A stretch of 64,000 nucleotides of DNA from an uncultured Candidatus Saccharibacteria bacterium (GCA_964532425.1 CAZHIA010000003.1:117365-181364), one strand, 5' to 3'. Positions 1 to 8,564 are shown, counted from the stretch's first letter. The notes: generated by a model from the letters alone, not told the origin. Numbers and translations are program-made.

Positions 1-16
1 ATGTAAGATTTTCTCT

Positions 17-2044
17 ATGGAAGAACTCGAAAGCCAAGTCGCCAAAATCCAAATCGGCAATTTCAAGACCACGACCAGCTATGTGCATATCGTGACCGAA
101 AAGGCAGTTGCCTCGGACGCGGAGCTGTATCTCGTGGTGGAATTGCCGTTATTCAATCCCGCAGCCGAGAGTTCTTGTGAAAAGATCGCTCTGGCTATTG
201 CCGGCACGCTCCGCCGCGCCTACCGCCGGAACGTCGGCCAGGCTTCGTTCGAGAGCGCCATCGCCCAAGTCAACGACGAGCTCGGCAAACTGGCTTCCAT
301 GGGCCAGACCCACTGGATTGACAAGCTCAATTGCATTATCGGAGTTAAAGACGGCACCACCTTTACCGTTGCCACGTGCGGCAAAATAGCAGCCTACATT
401 TACCGCAACGGGGAATTTACCGACATCTCCACTCCCACCCAACCCTCCCACCCGCTGAAGACTTTCGAAAACTATGCTTCGGGCAGGCTCCGCCTTGGCG
501 ATATCCTGATTCTTTCCACGACCCAGCTTTATAACCATATTTCGGTTGACCGATTCAAAAACATCCTGTCCGGTTCGGGATCGAATTTTCTGATTGCCAC
601 CCAGACAATCATCGAATTACTCAAAGAAAATGCCGGGCCGGAAGTGGCGTTCGGCACCATCCTGAACATGCAGGTCATGCCCGGCCAAACTCCGGACGGC
701 GAGATTGATCTGGAAAACTATGTGGCAGAACAGCCACGCCGGTTTAACTTGCTCTATAAAGCCTGGGGTTCGATAAAGTCCGTACTAGTTTTCGACAAAG
801 ATGCCCGCAAGCCGCAGGTGAGCTTGCCGAAAATTTCCCTGCCGAAATTCAAAAACCTTGGCGGCAGCTCCAAACGATGGGCCGGCAAGACCAGGCATGC
901 CATGAGCAGCGCCTGGAGCAGCTTAAAATCCGGTTCAGACAATCTCGGCGCAGCCAAAATTGCCTCCTATTCTCGCGAAAAGAAGATATTTCTTGCCGCC
1001 TTGGTTCTCATGCTCATTATGATCGGCGTAACTATTACGCTAGCCAGCCGCCACAAAAACTCCCAACAAACGCAAGCTACTGCATCGAGTACACTCAAAG
1101 AGATTCAAACCCTGTTGTCCAAAGCCAGCGATTCCTATTTGTACAAGGACGAACAGAACACCAGAACGTTCCTGTCCCAGGCCAAGGAAAAATTGCCCAC
1201 CAAGGACAGCATCCCCTCTTCCCAACAGGCACTCTATACGCAAATTACCGCACAGATTACTGACCTTCAGCAAAAGATAGATAGAACAAGCGAGGCCAAA
1301 GTACAGAACCTCGGCACGCTCGGTAACGCCGATTCACTTTTGAAGTTGCCCCAGTTCCTGGCTGTCCAGATTGGCAAAACCGTTGTTAGTTACAACCTGG
1401 CTAGCGGCCAAGTGCAAGACGGCGCGCTCCTGTCATCTGAAACCATCACTCGCGCGGTACCGCTCGGCGCCCAAACCGCGGTGGTTTACAACGGACAAGC
1501 GCTCATGGTGTGGGACTACCAAAAACACCAGTTTAGCGCTCCGTTCACACTCTCGGTCCCGCAGCAAAATGACAGTGTTGGCTTGGCGCTCTACCCCGTC
1601 AATAACCGGGTATACATGGTCAACAAGGCCACGCGCCAAGTAGTCAGCTACCTGGCAGGTTCGTCGTTGTCCAAGCCGGTCGTCTCGGTCGCAAACGCGC
1701 AGGACGCAAGCAACGCCATTGACCTTGCGGTCGACGGCAGCATTTATGTCCTGTCGTCCTCCGGCGTGGCCAAGTACCAATCCGGCAAGCCGGCCGATTT
1801 CCAACTGCCGTTTATGTACACGCCATTTTCCGGTAAAGGTAGGATTGCTACTGCAAAGGATTATAAGAATATTTACATTTTAGATGCCGGCAATAACCGC
1901 ATCATTATCGTGGACAAAAAAGGCACGCTGGTGCAGACCCTTGTCAGCAAGGACTTCACCAAGCTAAAAGACTTCACCGTCGATGAAGCAAATAAGACCA
2001 TGTATATTTTAAATGACAGCAGCTTGTTGAAAGTCAGTTATTAG
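17..2044 (+). CDS. PP2C/SpoIIE-like Ser/Thr phosphatase domain, one TM helix, then a C-terminal beta-propeller (NHL/YVTN-like repeats). The ORF is open to the window edge, so it may be 5'-truncated.
   Basis: PP2C-like motifs GKIAAYIYRNGEF and GDILILSTTQL; TM segment KIFLAALVLMLIMIGVTITLA; repeated YVLSSSG / NIYILDAGNNRIIIVDKKG propeller-like blades. Confidence 0.55.
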   Translation: MEELESQVAKIQIGNFKTTTSYVHIVTEKAVASDAELYLVVELPLFNPAAESSCEKIALAIAGTLRRAYRRNVGQASFESAIAQVNDELGKLASMGQTHWIDKLNCIIGVKDGTTFTVATCGKIAAYIYRNGEFTDISTPTQPSHPLKTFENYASGRLRLGDILILSTTQLYNHISVDRFKNILSGSGSNFLIATQTIIELLKENAGPEVAFGTILNMQVMPGQTPDGEIDLENYVAEQPRRFNLLYKAWGSIKSVLVFDKDARKPQVSLPKISLPKFKNLGGSSKRWAGKTRHAMSSAWSSLKSGSDNLGAAKIASYSREKKIFLAALVLMLIMIGVTITLASRHKNSQQTQATASSTLKEIQTLLSKASDSYLYKDEQNTRTFLSQAKEKLPTKDSIPSSQQALYTQITAQITDLQQKIDRTSEAKVQNLGTLGNADSLLKLPQFLAVQIGKTVVSYNLASGQVQDGALLSSETITRAVPLGAQTAVVYNGQALMVWDYQKHQFSAPFTLSVPQQNDSVGLALYPVNNRVYMVNKATRQVVSYLAGSSLSKPVVSVANAQDASNAIDLAVDGSIYVLSSSGVAKYQSGKPADFQLPFMYTPFSGKGRIATAKDYKNIYILDAGNNRIIIVDKKGTLVQTLVSKDFTKLKDFTVDEANKTMYILNDSSLLKVSY

Positions 2045-2045
2045 G

Positions 2046-2091
2046 AGTAATCTCGAATATAACGAATCAAGCACAAATATACGTATGCAGC
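2046..2091. repeat. Left inverted-repeat arm flanking the GxxExxY gene (agtaatctcgaatata...aatatacgtatgcagc).
   Basis: Reverse complement of 2501-2526 (gctgcattcgtatattcgagattact) matches agtaatctcgaatata-cgaat-gcagc here. A second nested inverted repeat (aatatacgtatgcagc) is also present. Confidence 0.7.
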
Positions 2092-2483
2092 ACTCCGGCT
2101 ATCTTCTTTACCCGGAACTGAGCTATCAGATTGTAGGAGCTGCTTTTACTGTCTTTAACAAGTGCGGTTATGGGATGCCTGAGAAATATTACCAGCACTG
2201 CTTTTCAGAAGAACTGAAAAAACTTCATATATCTCACCAGAGAGAAAAGTATGTAATGCTTAAATACGGAGATGTCCCACTGAGTAAATATTTTCTGGAC
2301 TTTATAATAGACGGCAAAATCGTCGTTGAGATAAAGGTGAGACCCCATACCGGATATATCCATATAAAACAAGTTACCGCATACTTAAAAGCAACCCAGT
2401 GCCCATTGGCTATTTTAATTTACTTTACGAGAGACGGAGTTAAATACCGAAGAATAATCAATACACCTAACAAGCTTACTTAA
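2085..2483 (+). CDS. GxxExxY family protein (PD-(D/E)XK-like fold).
   Basis: Motif YPELSYQIVGAAFTVFNKCGYGMPEKYYQHCF (G-x-x-E-x-x-Y), 132 aa. The gene is bracketed by about 22-bp inverted repeats. Confidence 0.7.
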   Translation: MQHSGYLLYPELSYQIVGAAFTVFNKCGYGMPEKYYQHCFSEELKKLHISHQREKYVMLKYGDVPLSKYFLDFIIDGKIVVEIKVRPHTGYIHIKQVTAYLKATQCPLAILIYFTRDGVKYRRIINTPNKLT

Positions 2484-2485
2484 AG

Positions 2486-2526
2486 CATTTGCATATTTGC
2501 GCTGCATTCGTATATTCGAGATTACT
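2486..2526. repeat. Right inverted-repeat arm flanking the GxxExxY gene.
   Basis: gcatttgcatatttgcgctgcattcgtatattcgagattact is the inverted partner of 2046-2091. Confidence 0.7.
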
Positions 2527-2528
2527 AT

Positions 2529-3092
2529 ATGAACGACAAAGAAATAGAGGCCAAATTTTTAGATATTGATAAGCCGGTGCTTGTAGCCAAATTGACGGCT
2601 CTTGGCGCCCAAGATTTCGGCGAGGAAACGTTCCAGGAAGCGATTTTTTATGACAAAGATCTGACCTGGAACAAGGTCGGACGGCCATTCGTGCGCATGC
2701 GCAAAAAGCACGACGAGATTATTTTAAGCTATAAAGACCACCAAGTCGTTTCCGTGGACGGCACGGTGGAATTGGAGACCAAGGTTTCCGACTGGGACCA
2801 GACTGTAAAAATTCTTGAACACATCGGCTTGGTCAAATTTCGCGTGCAGGAAAAGCGCTGCCATGAATTTCAGCTCGGCGAAGTTACCGTGGGCATCGAT
2901 ACCTGGCCAAAAGTACCGACCTATGTAGAATTAGAAGGGCCTTCCGAAGACTCGATAAAAGAGGCTGCCGATCGCTTAGGTCTGGACTGGTCCAAAGCCG
3001 TCTTCCTGGACGCTCGCAGCGTGATCAAGCAGTATTTGGGCGATGACGTGGGAAATTATAAGGTGTATACGTTCGACCGGATTGAGTTGTAA
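2529..3092 (+). CDS. CYTH-domain protein (class IV adenylyl cyclase / triphosphate tunnel metalloenzyme family).
   Basis: N-terminal EIEAKF (ExExK) motif; C-terminal VTVGIDTWPKVPTYVELEG block typical of CYTH. Confidence 0.8.
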   Translation: MNDKEIEAKFLDIDKPVLVAKLTALGAQDFGEETFQEAIFYDKDLTWNKVGRPFVRMRKKHDEIILSYKDHQVVSVDGTVELETKVSDWDQTVKILEHIGLVKFRVQEKRCHEFQLGEVTVGIDTWPKVPTYVELEGPSEDSIKEAADRLGLDWSKAVFLDARSVIKQYLGDDVGNYKVYTFDRIEL

Positions 3093-3195
3093 CACAAATT
3101 GACCCTGTACCACTCATCTGTCTTGGGTAGATTCGGATGCAGGACACAGCACGAATTACCCCGGACGCCTATCATCGGTAAAATGATAGATTGCT

Positions 3196-3221
3196 GTAGG
3201 GGCGGATACCATCCGCCCTCC
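3196..3221. repeat. REP-like palindromic unit (gtaggggcggataccatccgccctcc) immediately upstream of the RAYT gene.
   Basis: GTAGGG + inner palindrome GGCGGATACCATCCGCC. Same family as 11528-11558, 50480-50514 and others. Confidence 0.7.
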
Positions 3222-3234
3222 AGTGTTTTGAAAA

Positions 3235-3759
3235 ATGTCTAATTCTCGAAAACAAAATCGTCTTCATTGCTATGATTACTCTCAACCGGGGTTCTATTTT
3301 GTAACTGTGTGCACACAAGGTAGGATTTGCTGTTTAGGAGAGATCATAAATGGAAAAATGAATTTGAGTGAAAACGGAAAAATTGTTGAGGAGTGCTGGC
3401 TCGGCATTCCACTTCATTACGAGAATGTGAGCATTGATTCGGCGCATATTGTCATGCCCAATCACTTGCATGGAATAATCATAATAGAACCTGTAGGGGC
3501 GGTTACTAACCGCCCTAGGAACCGGGCGGATGATATCCGCCCCTACAATAACACCAATCTTTCTGCAGTGGTGGGTTCATTCAAAAAAGCAGCATCCAAG
3601 CTGATCCATGCTGAATATACAGCATTTGATTGGCAAAAGTCTTTTTATGACCACGTCATCCGCAAAGATGAATCACTCGATAAAATTCGCGAATATATTC
3701 GCAACAACCCATTAAAATGGGAATTGGACAGAAACAATCCTTCCAATATCTGGATGTAG
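3235..3759 (+). CDS. REP-associated tyrosine transposase (RAYT), IS200/IS605-like Y1 transposase.
   Basis: HuH motif HIVMPNHLHGII and Tyr motif DWQKSFYDHVIRKDE. A REP-like pair lies in frame between the two motifs. Confidence 0.8.
   Translation: MSNSRKQNRLHCYDYSQPGFYFVTVCTQGRICCLGEIINGKMNLSENGKIVEECWLGIPLHYENVSIDSAHIVMPNHLHGIIIIEPVGAVTNRPRNRADDIRPYNNTNLSAVVGSFKKAASKLIHAEYTAFDWQKSFYDHVIRKDESLDKIREYIRNNPLKWELDRNNPSNIWM
3491..3546. repeat. Two REP-like units lying in frame inside the RAYT coding sequence.
   Basis: ctgtaggggcggttactaaccgccctag and gggcggatgatatccgcccctac are translated as ...EPVGAVTNRPRNRADDIRPY... Confidence 0.7.
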
Positions 3760-3842
3760 CGCAGGCCCGTGGCCTGCTATTTTATTATTCTAAAACAAAA
3801 TTAAAAAATGGACACGCGAATCAAATTCGCGTGCCCTGTTGC

Positions 3843-4160
3843 TTACTTGGGTGCCACCGTGTAGACGATGGCCAGTTTGCCGAGCGGCCGGCTGCCGGCG
3901 CAAATGCGCTGCTTCGGCTGCTGGGGGCGCTCCGCCCAGAAAGTCCGCACGACCGTCACCTGATCGTCCATGATGGCCGAGGCGAAAAACTTTTCCTCGG
4001 TCATGTCAGGCGTCAACAAATGTTCATTCAGGTTAACTGCCACGGCTACAGCCAAATCGCGGAAACGTTCGTCGCCGTCATAGGCATTAATGACCATGAC
4101 TTTCTGGTCACCTTGCAACTGCGCGGCTTTTTCCACCAACGGGTCTACTCGTAACGACAT
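3843..4160 (-). CDS. Hypothetical protein (105 aa) co-transcribed downstream of the DHH phosphoesterase gene.
   Basis: SD AAGGAGGG 8 nt before the ATG; terminator hairpin cacgcgaat-caa-attcgcgtg plus a T-run downstream. Confidence 0.5.
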   Translation of the reverse strand: MSLRVDPLVEKAAQLQGDQKVMVINAYDGDERFRDLAVAVAVNLNEHLLTPDMTEEKFFASAIMDDQVTVVRTFWAERPQQPKQRICAGSRPLGKLAIVYTVAPK

Positions 4161-4170
4161 ACTCCCTCCT

Positions 4171-5211
4171 TTACACCGTAAACATGCTGTCTTCCATCCA
4201 AGCCTTGACCATTTCGAGAACCAGTGGCTCGGTGACCTTCTTGAGCCAGACTCCTAAGTCCAGTTCCATCATGGCCCCGCCCTCACCCCGACCATCGGGG
4301 GTTAACTTGGCGCCGGAATGCTTGGTGAAGTGCTTTTTAAGAAAATCACCCAGCGGCTCGCTGAGGTTGGACGACCGCGCGCTAATGCGCACGCGATTGC
4401 CAATAATGCCCCAGACCACGACGAGCGAGACCCCGTCCATGCGCAGGAATTCATCGGCCACTTCCGCGAGCTGGTCGCTGTCCTGTTCGCTAATGAATCC
4501 CATACCCGTCACCAGCCTGCTCCCCTGCTGCTTGCGCAGCTCAAGAGCTTTTTGGAGGTACACGAAGTACATGGGTGAGAGCTTGTAGGAAAGTAGCGGT
4601 GCCAATTCTTCGGCACTCAAGCCTTCCACGAGCTTTTGATAGGCGCTGATGTCGCGCTTGTCGCACGCAATGAGGCCTTTGGTGTCGGTGTAAATACCGA
4701 GGGCCATCACTACTTTCAGATAGCGGAATTCGAACGGGATAGTATACTGACACGCTTCGATCAGTTCGTGAACCAGCGTCGTGCCTGCACCCACCTCATC
4801 GACAAGGACGAAATTGTCACCATTTTGGGCAAATTCCCCATCGCGGTGATGGTCAATGATGATCGACGGCGGATATTCCTCAATCAGGTTGAGCCGTGCA
4901 TCGGTGAGCAGCGATGAGTCGACCAGGGCGGTGGGCACATTCTTGGCAAGAGTGACCATGGACGCTTCCCGCAGAAACCGGCCGAGGTCGTAACGATTCA
5001 CGATGGCGCGGTTCTGAGCATGGCCGATAGGTCCTCCGTAGACAATCCGGGAAGCCACATGGTTCTCCCCGCGAATTTTGTACGAATGAAAGTCCAGGCC
5101 TAAAGCCATGGCCAAAGCATCGGGATCGAGCTGTGCGAGGAAGATGGTCAACTGCCCTTGCAGTTCAGCCATAACCCGCTTGAATTTTTCCGCTTGTGCT
5201 TGCGTTACCAT
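4171..5211 (-). CDS. DHH-family phosphoesterase (NrnA-like oligoribonuclease / pAp phosphatase).
   Basis: DHH motif IIIDHHRD and DHHA1-like C-terminus (GGGH-like GEGGAMM). SD AGGAGG before the MVTQAQ start. Confidence 0.8.
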   Translation of the reverse strand: MVTQAQAEKFKRVMAELQGQLTIFLAQLDPDALAMALGLDFHSYKIRGENHVASRIVYGGPIGHAQNRAIVNRYDLGRFLREASMVTLAKNVPTALVDSSLLTDARLNLIEEYPPSIIIDHHRDGEFAQNGDNFVLVDEVGAGTTLVHELIEACQYTIPFEFRYLKVVMALGIYTDTKGLIACDKRDISAYQKLVEGLSAEELAPLLSYKLSPMYFVYLQKALELRKQQGSRLVTGMGFISEQDSDQLAEVADEFLRMDGVSLVVVWGIIGNRVRISARSSNLSEPLGDFLKKHFTKHSGAKLTPDGRGEGGAMMELDLGVWLKKVTEPLVLEMVKAWMEDSMFTV

Positions 5212-5307
5212 ATTGTTCCTCCTGAAATACACCCTACTATACACCTTTTGAAACAGCTTTACAAGGGCAATTTTTGGCAGTATACTGGCGGTGTTAAGGA
5301 GGGAACA

Positions 5308-5445
5308 ATGACCAGAAAAATGATATCGCTGCTCTTGCTGTTGCTCGCATTCCGCATTGTGATAGTAGTCGGCGGCTTAGAACTCCGGCCGAACCCCCCG
5401 CCGCCGCAAGTCCCAAATTTCGACTGGCATTGGGCACCGTACTAA
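5308..5445 (+). CDS. Small hydrophobic peptide (45 aa), hypothetical.
   Basis: AAGGAGGG SD 6 nt upstream; MTRKMISLLLLLLAFRIVIVVGG. Confidence 0.35.
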   Translation: MTRKMISLLLLLLAFRIVIVVGGLELRPNPPPPQVPNFDWHWAPY

Positions 5446-5464
5446 AGGCCCTAAGGAGCCACTC

Positions 5465-5689
5465 ATGCATTACACTTACCTGGAACTGCACGGACTTAAA
5501 TATGCCGAGGTTAACTCGCTCAAACTGTCAGACGACGATCTGGATATGAAGCGCCATCTCGAGCACTGCGAACTCTGCCGCGGGCGGTATGAGAATTTAA
5601 GCCATGCCGATACCGAAGAGATGAAGCGTTTTCACCAGGATTTCATGAAACCGCTGAGTTACGACTCGTCCCACAATTCAGCGCAGTAG
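5465..5689 (+). CDS. Small hypothetical protein (74 aa) with an HCELCRG motif.
   Basis: SD AAGGAG 8 nt before the ATG; followed by a terminator. Confidence 0.5.
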   Translation: MHYTYLELHGLKYAEVNSLKLSDDDLDMKRHLEHCELCRGRYENLSHADTEEMKRFHQDFMKPLSYDSSHNSAQ

Positions 5690-5700
5690 CAGCCAAACCC

Positions 5701-5735
5701 GCCACCGGATTCTCGTCCCCGGTGGCTTTTTGTAT
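5701..5735 (+). terminator. Rho-independent terminator.
   Basis: gccaccgg-attctcgtc-cccggtggc hairpin followed by TTTTTGT. Confidence 0.7.
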
Positions 5736-5973
5736 TCGCCCTGAGTCATTGCTATAAAAACAAAAACCGTCCCCACAGAGCCCCGATAACCGATACCTTC
5801 CCCCATGCTGTAATACGTGACAGCAATGCAGTGCAAAGTTCTTACTGCAGTACGGTGCAGTATTGCAGTGACTATCGTCTGCCTTAATCCCAAATCTTAA
5901 ATCATAAATCAGACCCCACCCTTTGCAACAAAGGGCGGGGTCATCCGGTCGAATGGCCGGGTCAAATGAAAAA

Positions 5974-5991
5974 GCAGCCCCGAAGGACTGC
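5974..5991. terminator. Hairpin terminator (gcagcc-ccgaa-ggactgc) serving the minus-strand gene 6012-6332.
   Basis: Stem-loop flanked by an A-run on the plus strand, which is a T-run on the minus strand. Confidence 0.6.
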
Positions 5992-6011
5992 TTGTGGTTT
6001 GTCTCGCGCCG

Positions 6012-6332
6012 CTACCCTCCAACAGCGGTACCGAGCGCGATGCTCCGGCCCGGCAACGTGAAGTGTTGCGAACCGAAGTCCAGCGGCCTTATAGCGCTGA
6101 CAGCCTGTCCGCCAGACGGCAGATCTTTGAGCGTAAAGATGACGAGTACGCCAGGCCGCAAACCGCCAGGAGAGAATCGCTTTAAGTCGCTCAACTTCTC
6201 CCCATGGTACTTGGCATACGCGTCGCAGGTAAAGGAATAATCTCCCCCTCCCGGACCCTCTTCCTTGATATAACCAAGGCCAGAATCCCCCACCATTCTG
6301 ACAACGATGCCTAACCGCTCATTCTGTTGCAT
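6012..6332 (-). CDS. Hypothetical protein (106 aa).
   Basis: SD AAGGAGG 7 nt before the ATG (MQQNERL); terminator just downstream. Confidence 0.55.
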   Translation of the reverse strand: MQQNERLGIVVRMVGDSGLGYIKEEGPGGGDYSFTCDAYAKYHGEKLSDLKRFSPGGLRPGVLVIFTLKDLPSGGQAVSAIRPLDFGSQHFTLPGRSIALGTAVGG

Positions 6333-6460
6333 AGTATTGCCTCCTTGTTGGTATCGAGCCCAGTATAAGACTCTTTATGGTAGCATGGTCAAATATTTTG
6401 CGAAAGATCCAATGATCAAGCAAACAGTATATTACAAAATTCTTTAATTGATGTTTATAT

Positions 6461-6488
6461 ACAAAAAAAGCAGTCCCAAAGGACTGCC
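6461..6488 (-). terminator. Rho-independent terminator (gcagtcc-caaa-ggactgc + T-run on the minus strand).
   Basis: Perfect 7-bp stem; aaaaaaa on the plus strand. Confidence 0.7.
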
Positions 6489-6502
6489 GAGAGGCGGCTT
6501 GG

Positions 6503-6817
6503 TTATTCCAAACCGCTCATACTTATGCTCTTGAGTTCGCGGCACCGTGCTTCCCACAGCGCATAGGCAGGGCTATATGCCGGATCCGGGGCAGAGGCCC
6601 TGGTGAGGTTACACAGTTCCAGCTCGTCTTGCCTGGTTGCGTTCAGGTTCGCGTTGCCCTCAAACACCATACCTGGCTCCAATCCGTCTAGGGGTATTGA
6701 AAACAGATCCCGGGAAACCCAGACGATCTCCAACTGTTTCCACTGCGGGATGACCACGCCGACCACTCCAAATTTTTTCAATACATCCTGGACACGAACA
6801 AAAACGTTGTATTCCAT
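6503..6817 (-). CDS. Hypothetical protein (about 104 aa).
   Basis: SD GGAGGG before the MEYNVFVRV start. Confidence 0.5.
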   Translation of the reverse strand: MEYNVFVRVQDVLKKFGVVGVVIPQWKQLEIVWVSRDLFSIPLDGLEPGMVFEGNANLNATRQDELELCNLTRASAPDPAYSPAYALWEARCRELKSISMSGLE

Positions 6818-7149
6818 TTTCCCTCCAATTAAGCAAACATCATACAATAGCACCAACTGGCACCTATGTCAATTCGCCCATTACCTGCCCTGCCTGCACT
6901 TTTTCATGCGGGATGATTGTCATAGTGGAAATAATCGACCTGTCCGCCGTAGGGGCAAGCGACAGCTGCCCACTCCCTATCGTGTTAACAGTTTCAGCAG
7001 GATGGGCACATTCCACCTTCGTTAAAACCCTGGCGGGCTGCTAAAGCACGCCCCTACAAAGCACAGCGCCGCTGACAGCGTGGGACGAGATTTATCCACA
7101 CCATCTGATGGTGCATTAAACTCGGGGTAACCCACTATTAATTAAAAAC

Positions 7150-7172
7150 TCTCCCAAAGGGAGAGTTTTTTA
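7150..7172. terminator. Bidirectional terminator hairpin ctctccc-aaa-gggagag flanked by an A-run and a T-run.
   Basis: Seen directly in the sequence; lies downstream of rplL. Confidence 0.7.
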
Positions 7173-7335
7173 AACCTTATTGAACGGAAGATCCTTCGTT
7201 CGCCAGAGGCGAACTCAGGATGACTTTGAAAACTAACAGATGCCGTTTTATTAAGACTACCCGCAATAAAGACAGCATGGATCCCCGCATTCGCGGGGAT
7301 GACCCCCTATTGTTTAAAAATCTGCTCCCTTGGGA

Positions 7336-7361
7336 GCAGATTTTTAAACCTTATTTGAGGG
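7336..7361. terminator. Terminator hairpin atctgctccc-ttg-ggagcagat + TTTT. This is a second copy of the module at 7150; both are followed by taaaccttatt.
   Basis: Seen directly in the sequence. Confidence 0.65.
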
Positions 7362-7412
7362 TCACTTTCGCGCCAGCCCTGAACTACTTTGAGTACAGGA
7401 CTTCCGCGAAGG

Positions 7413-7811
7413 TTACTTTAAAGTAACCTTCGCGCCAGCTTCTTCCAGTTTCTTCTTGAGTTCTTCGGCATCGGCCTTGGAGGCGTTTTCCTTGACTACC
7501 TTCGGAGCGCCGTCGACAATGTCCTTGGCTTCCTTAAGACCCAAACCGGTCACTTCGCGGACAACCTTGATGACATTGATCTTGTTGGCACCAGCTTCGG
7601 TGAGTTCTACATTGAACTCGGTCTTCTCTTCGACAGGAGCGCCGGCGGCCGGACCACCCATCATCATCATGGGAGCGGCAGCGGAAACACCAAACTTCTC
7701 TTCGAGCACTTTTACCAGCTCGGCAAGCTCGATAACGGAAAGCTTTTCGACCTGGTCAACGAGAGTCTTAAACTTCTCGGGGACTTCTACAGTCTTTACT
7801 TCGTCGGACAT
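7413..7811 (-). CDS. rplL: 50S ribosomal protein L7/L12.
   Basis: [42 protein letters not shown]...KVTLK, the canonical L7/L12 sequence. Confidence 0.97.
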   Translation of the reverse strand: MSDEVKTVEVPEKFKTLVDQVEKLSVIELAELVKVLEEKFGVSAAAPMMMMGGPAAGAPVEEKTEFNVELTEAGANKINVIKVVREVTGLGLKEAKDIVDGAPKVVKENASKADAEELKKKLEEAGAKVTLK

Positions 7812-7952
7812 AATATTCCTTTAGATGGCGTCATTCTGAATCGCGAGTGCATCCGAGCGGTGAAGAATCTCTGTAATACGATGAGACCCTTCAGTCGTCT
7901 GACTCCCTCAGGATGACGCCGGTATATATCAATACTAATTGTTAAATGTAAT

Positions 7953-8564
7953 CTACGCTGCTGCTGGAGCTTCCGCGGGAGCGGAGGTCTCGGCAGGGGC
8001 AGCTTCGGCTGCTTCCGCAACCGGAGCTGTAGCCTCTTCAACGGGCTTTTCAGCTGTGCCGGTAGAGCCGGAGCTCTCTCCAAGCTTCTTCGCATATGCA
8101 TTGAGCAAGCGGGCGAAAGCGGAAATCGGACCATTGAAGACGGACAGCAACTGGGCGCGGAGTTGGTCTTTGCCCGGCAGATCGCCCAAAGCTTCTACCT
8201 GGGCCTTCTGCATAATCTTGCCTTCGACAATACCTTCCAGAATGGAAAGGGTCTTAATGTCTTTGGCGAGATTCTTGATAACGCGGGCCGGAGCGGTCTC
8301 TTCTTCGGGAGAGATGGCAATAATGACCGGCGTCTTGTACTCGACAGATGCCGTGTCCAAGCCATTGGCCTGCATTGCCTTCTTGACCAAGGTCATCTTA
8401 TAGACTTTGGAAAAGACATTTTCCTTGCGCAAGCCTTTACGGACCTTATCCAGATCCTTCACGGTCGTACCGCGGTAATCGGCAAACACCACAGACTTGG
8501 CATCCTTGAGCTTACCGGTTAATTCTGCCAAATCCTGTTCTTTCTGTGATTTTAGTTTAGCCAT
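7953..8564 (-). CDS. rplJ: 50S ribosomal protein L10, with an extended Ala/Glu/Pro-rich C-terminal tail.
   Basis: L10 N-terminal and core sequence (VFADYRGTTVKDLDKVRKGLR...). It lies immediately upstream of rplL on the same strand. Confidence 0.95.
   Translation of the reverse strand: MAKLKSQKEQDLAELTGKLKDAKSVVFADYRGTTVKDLDKVRKGLRKENVFSKVYKMTLVKKAMQANGLDTASVEYKTPVIIAISPEEETAPARVIKNLAKDIKTLSILEGIVEGKIMQKAQVEALGDLPGKDQLRAQLLSVFNGPISAFARLLNAYAKKLGESSGSTGTAEKPVEEATAPVAEAAEAAPAETSAPAEAPAAA

Noticed and set aside
3717-4154. Plus-strand ORF 3717-4154 (145 aa).
   Set aside because: It overlaps the minus-strand gene 3843-4160, which has a strong SD and terminator, and it has no RBS of its own.
5923-6240. 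Plus-strand ORFs 5923-6240 and 5994-6185.
   Set aside because: They are antisense to 6012-6332, which has an AAGGAGG SD and a downstream terminator.
6603-7025. Plus-strand ORF 6603-7025.
   Set aside because: It is antisense to 6503-6817; the region 6857-7130 is better explained as intergenic.
7406-7433. Perfect palindrome cgcgaaggttacttTAAAgtaaccttcgcg spanning the rplL stop codon; considered as the rplL terminator.
   Set aside because: It is not followed by a T-run on the coding strand. Two canonical terminator hairpins lie further downstream (7336-7361 and 7150-7172), so this is probably just a stable 3' stem.
7456-8403. Plus-strand ORFs 7456-7824 and 7939-8403, rich in Ala/Ser/Thr.
   Set aside because: They are antisense to rplL and rplJ; the low-complexity translation is the mirror image of the Ala/Glu-rich ribosomal proteins.
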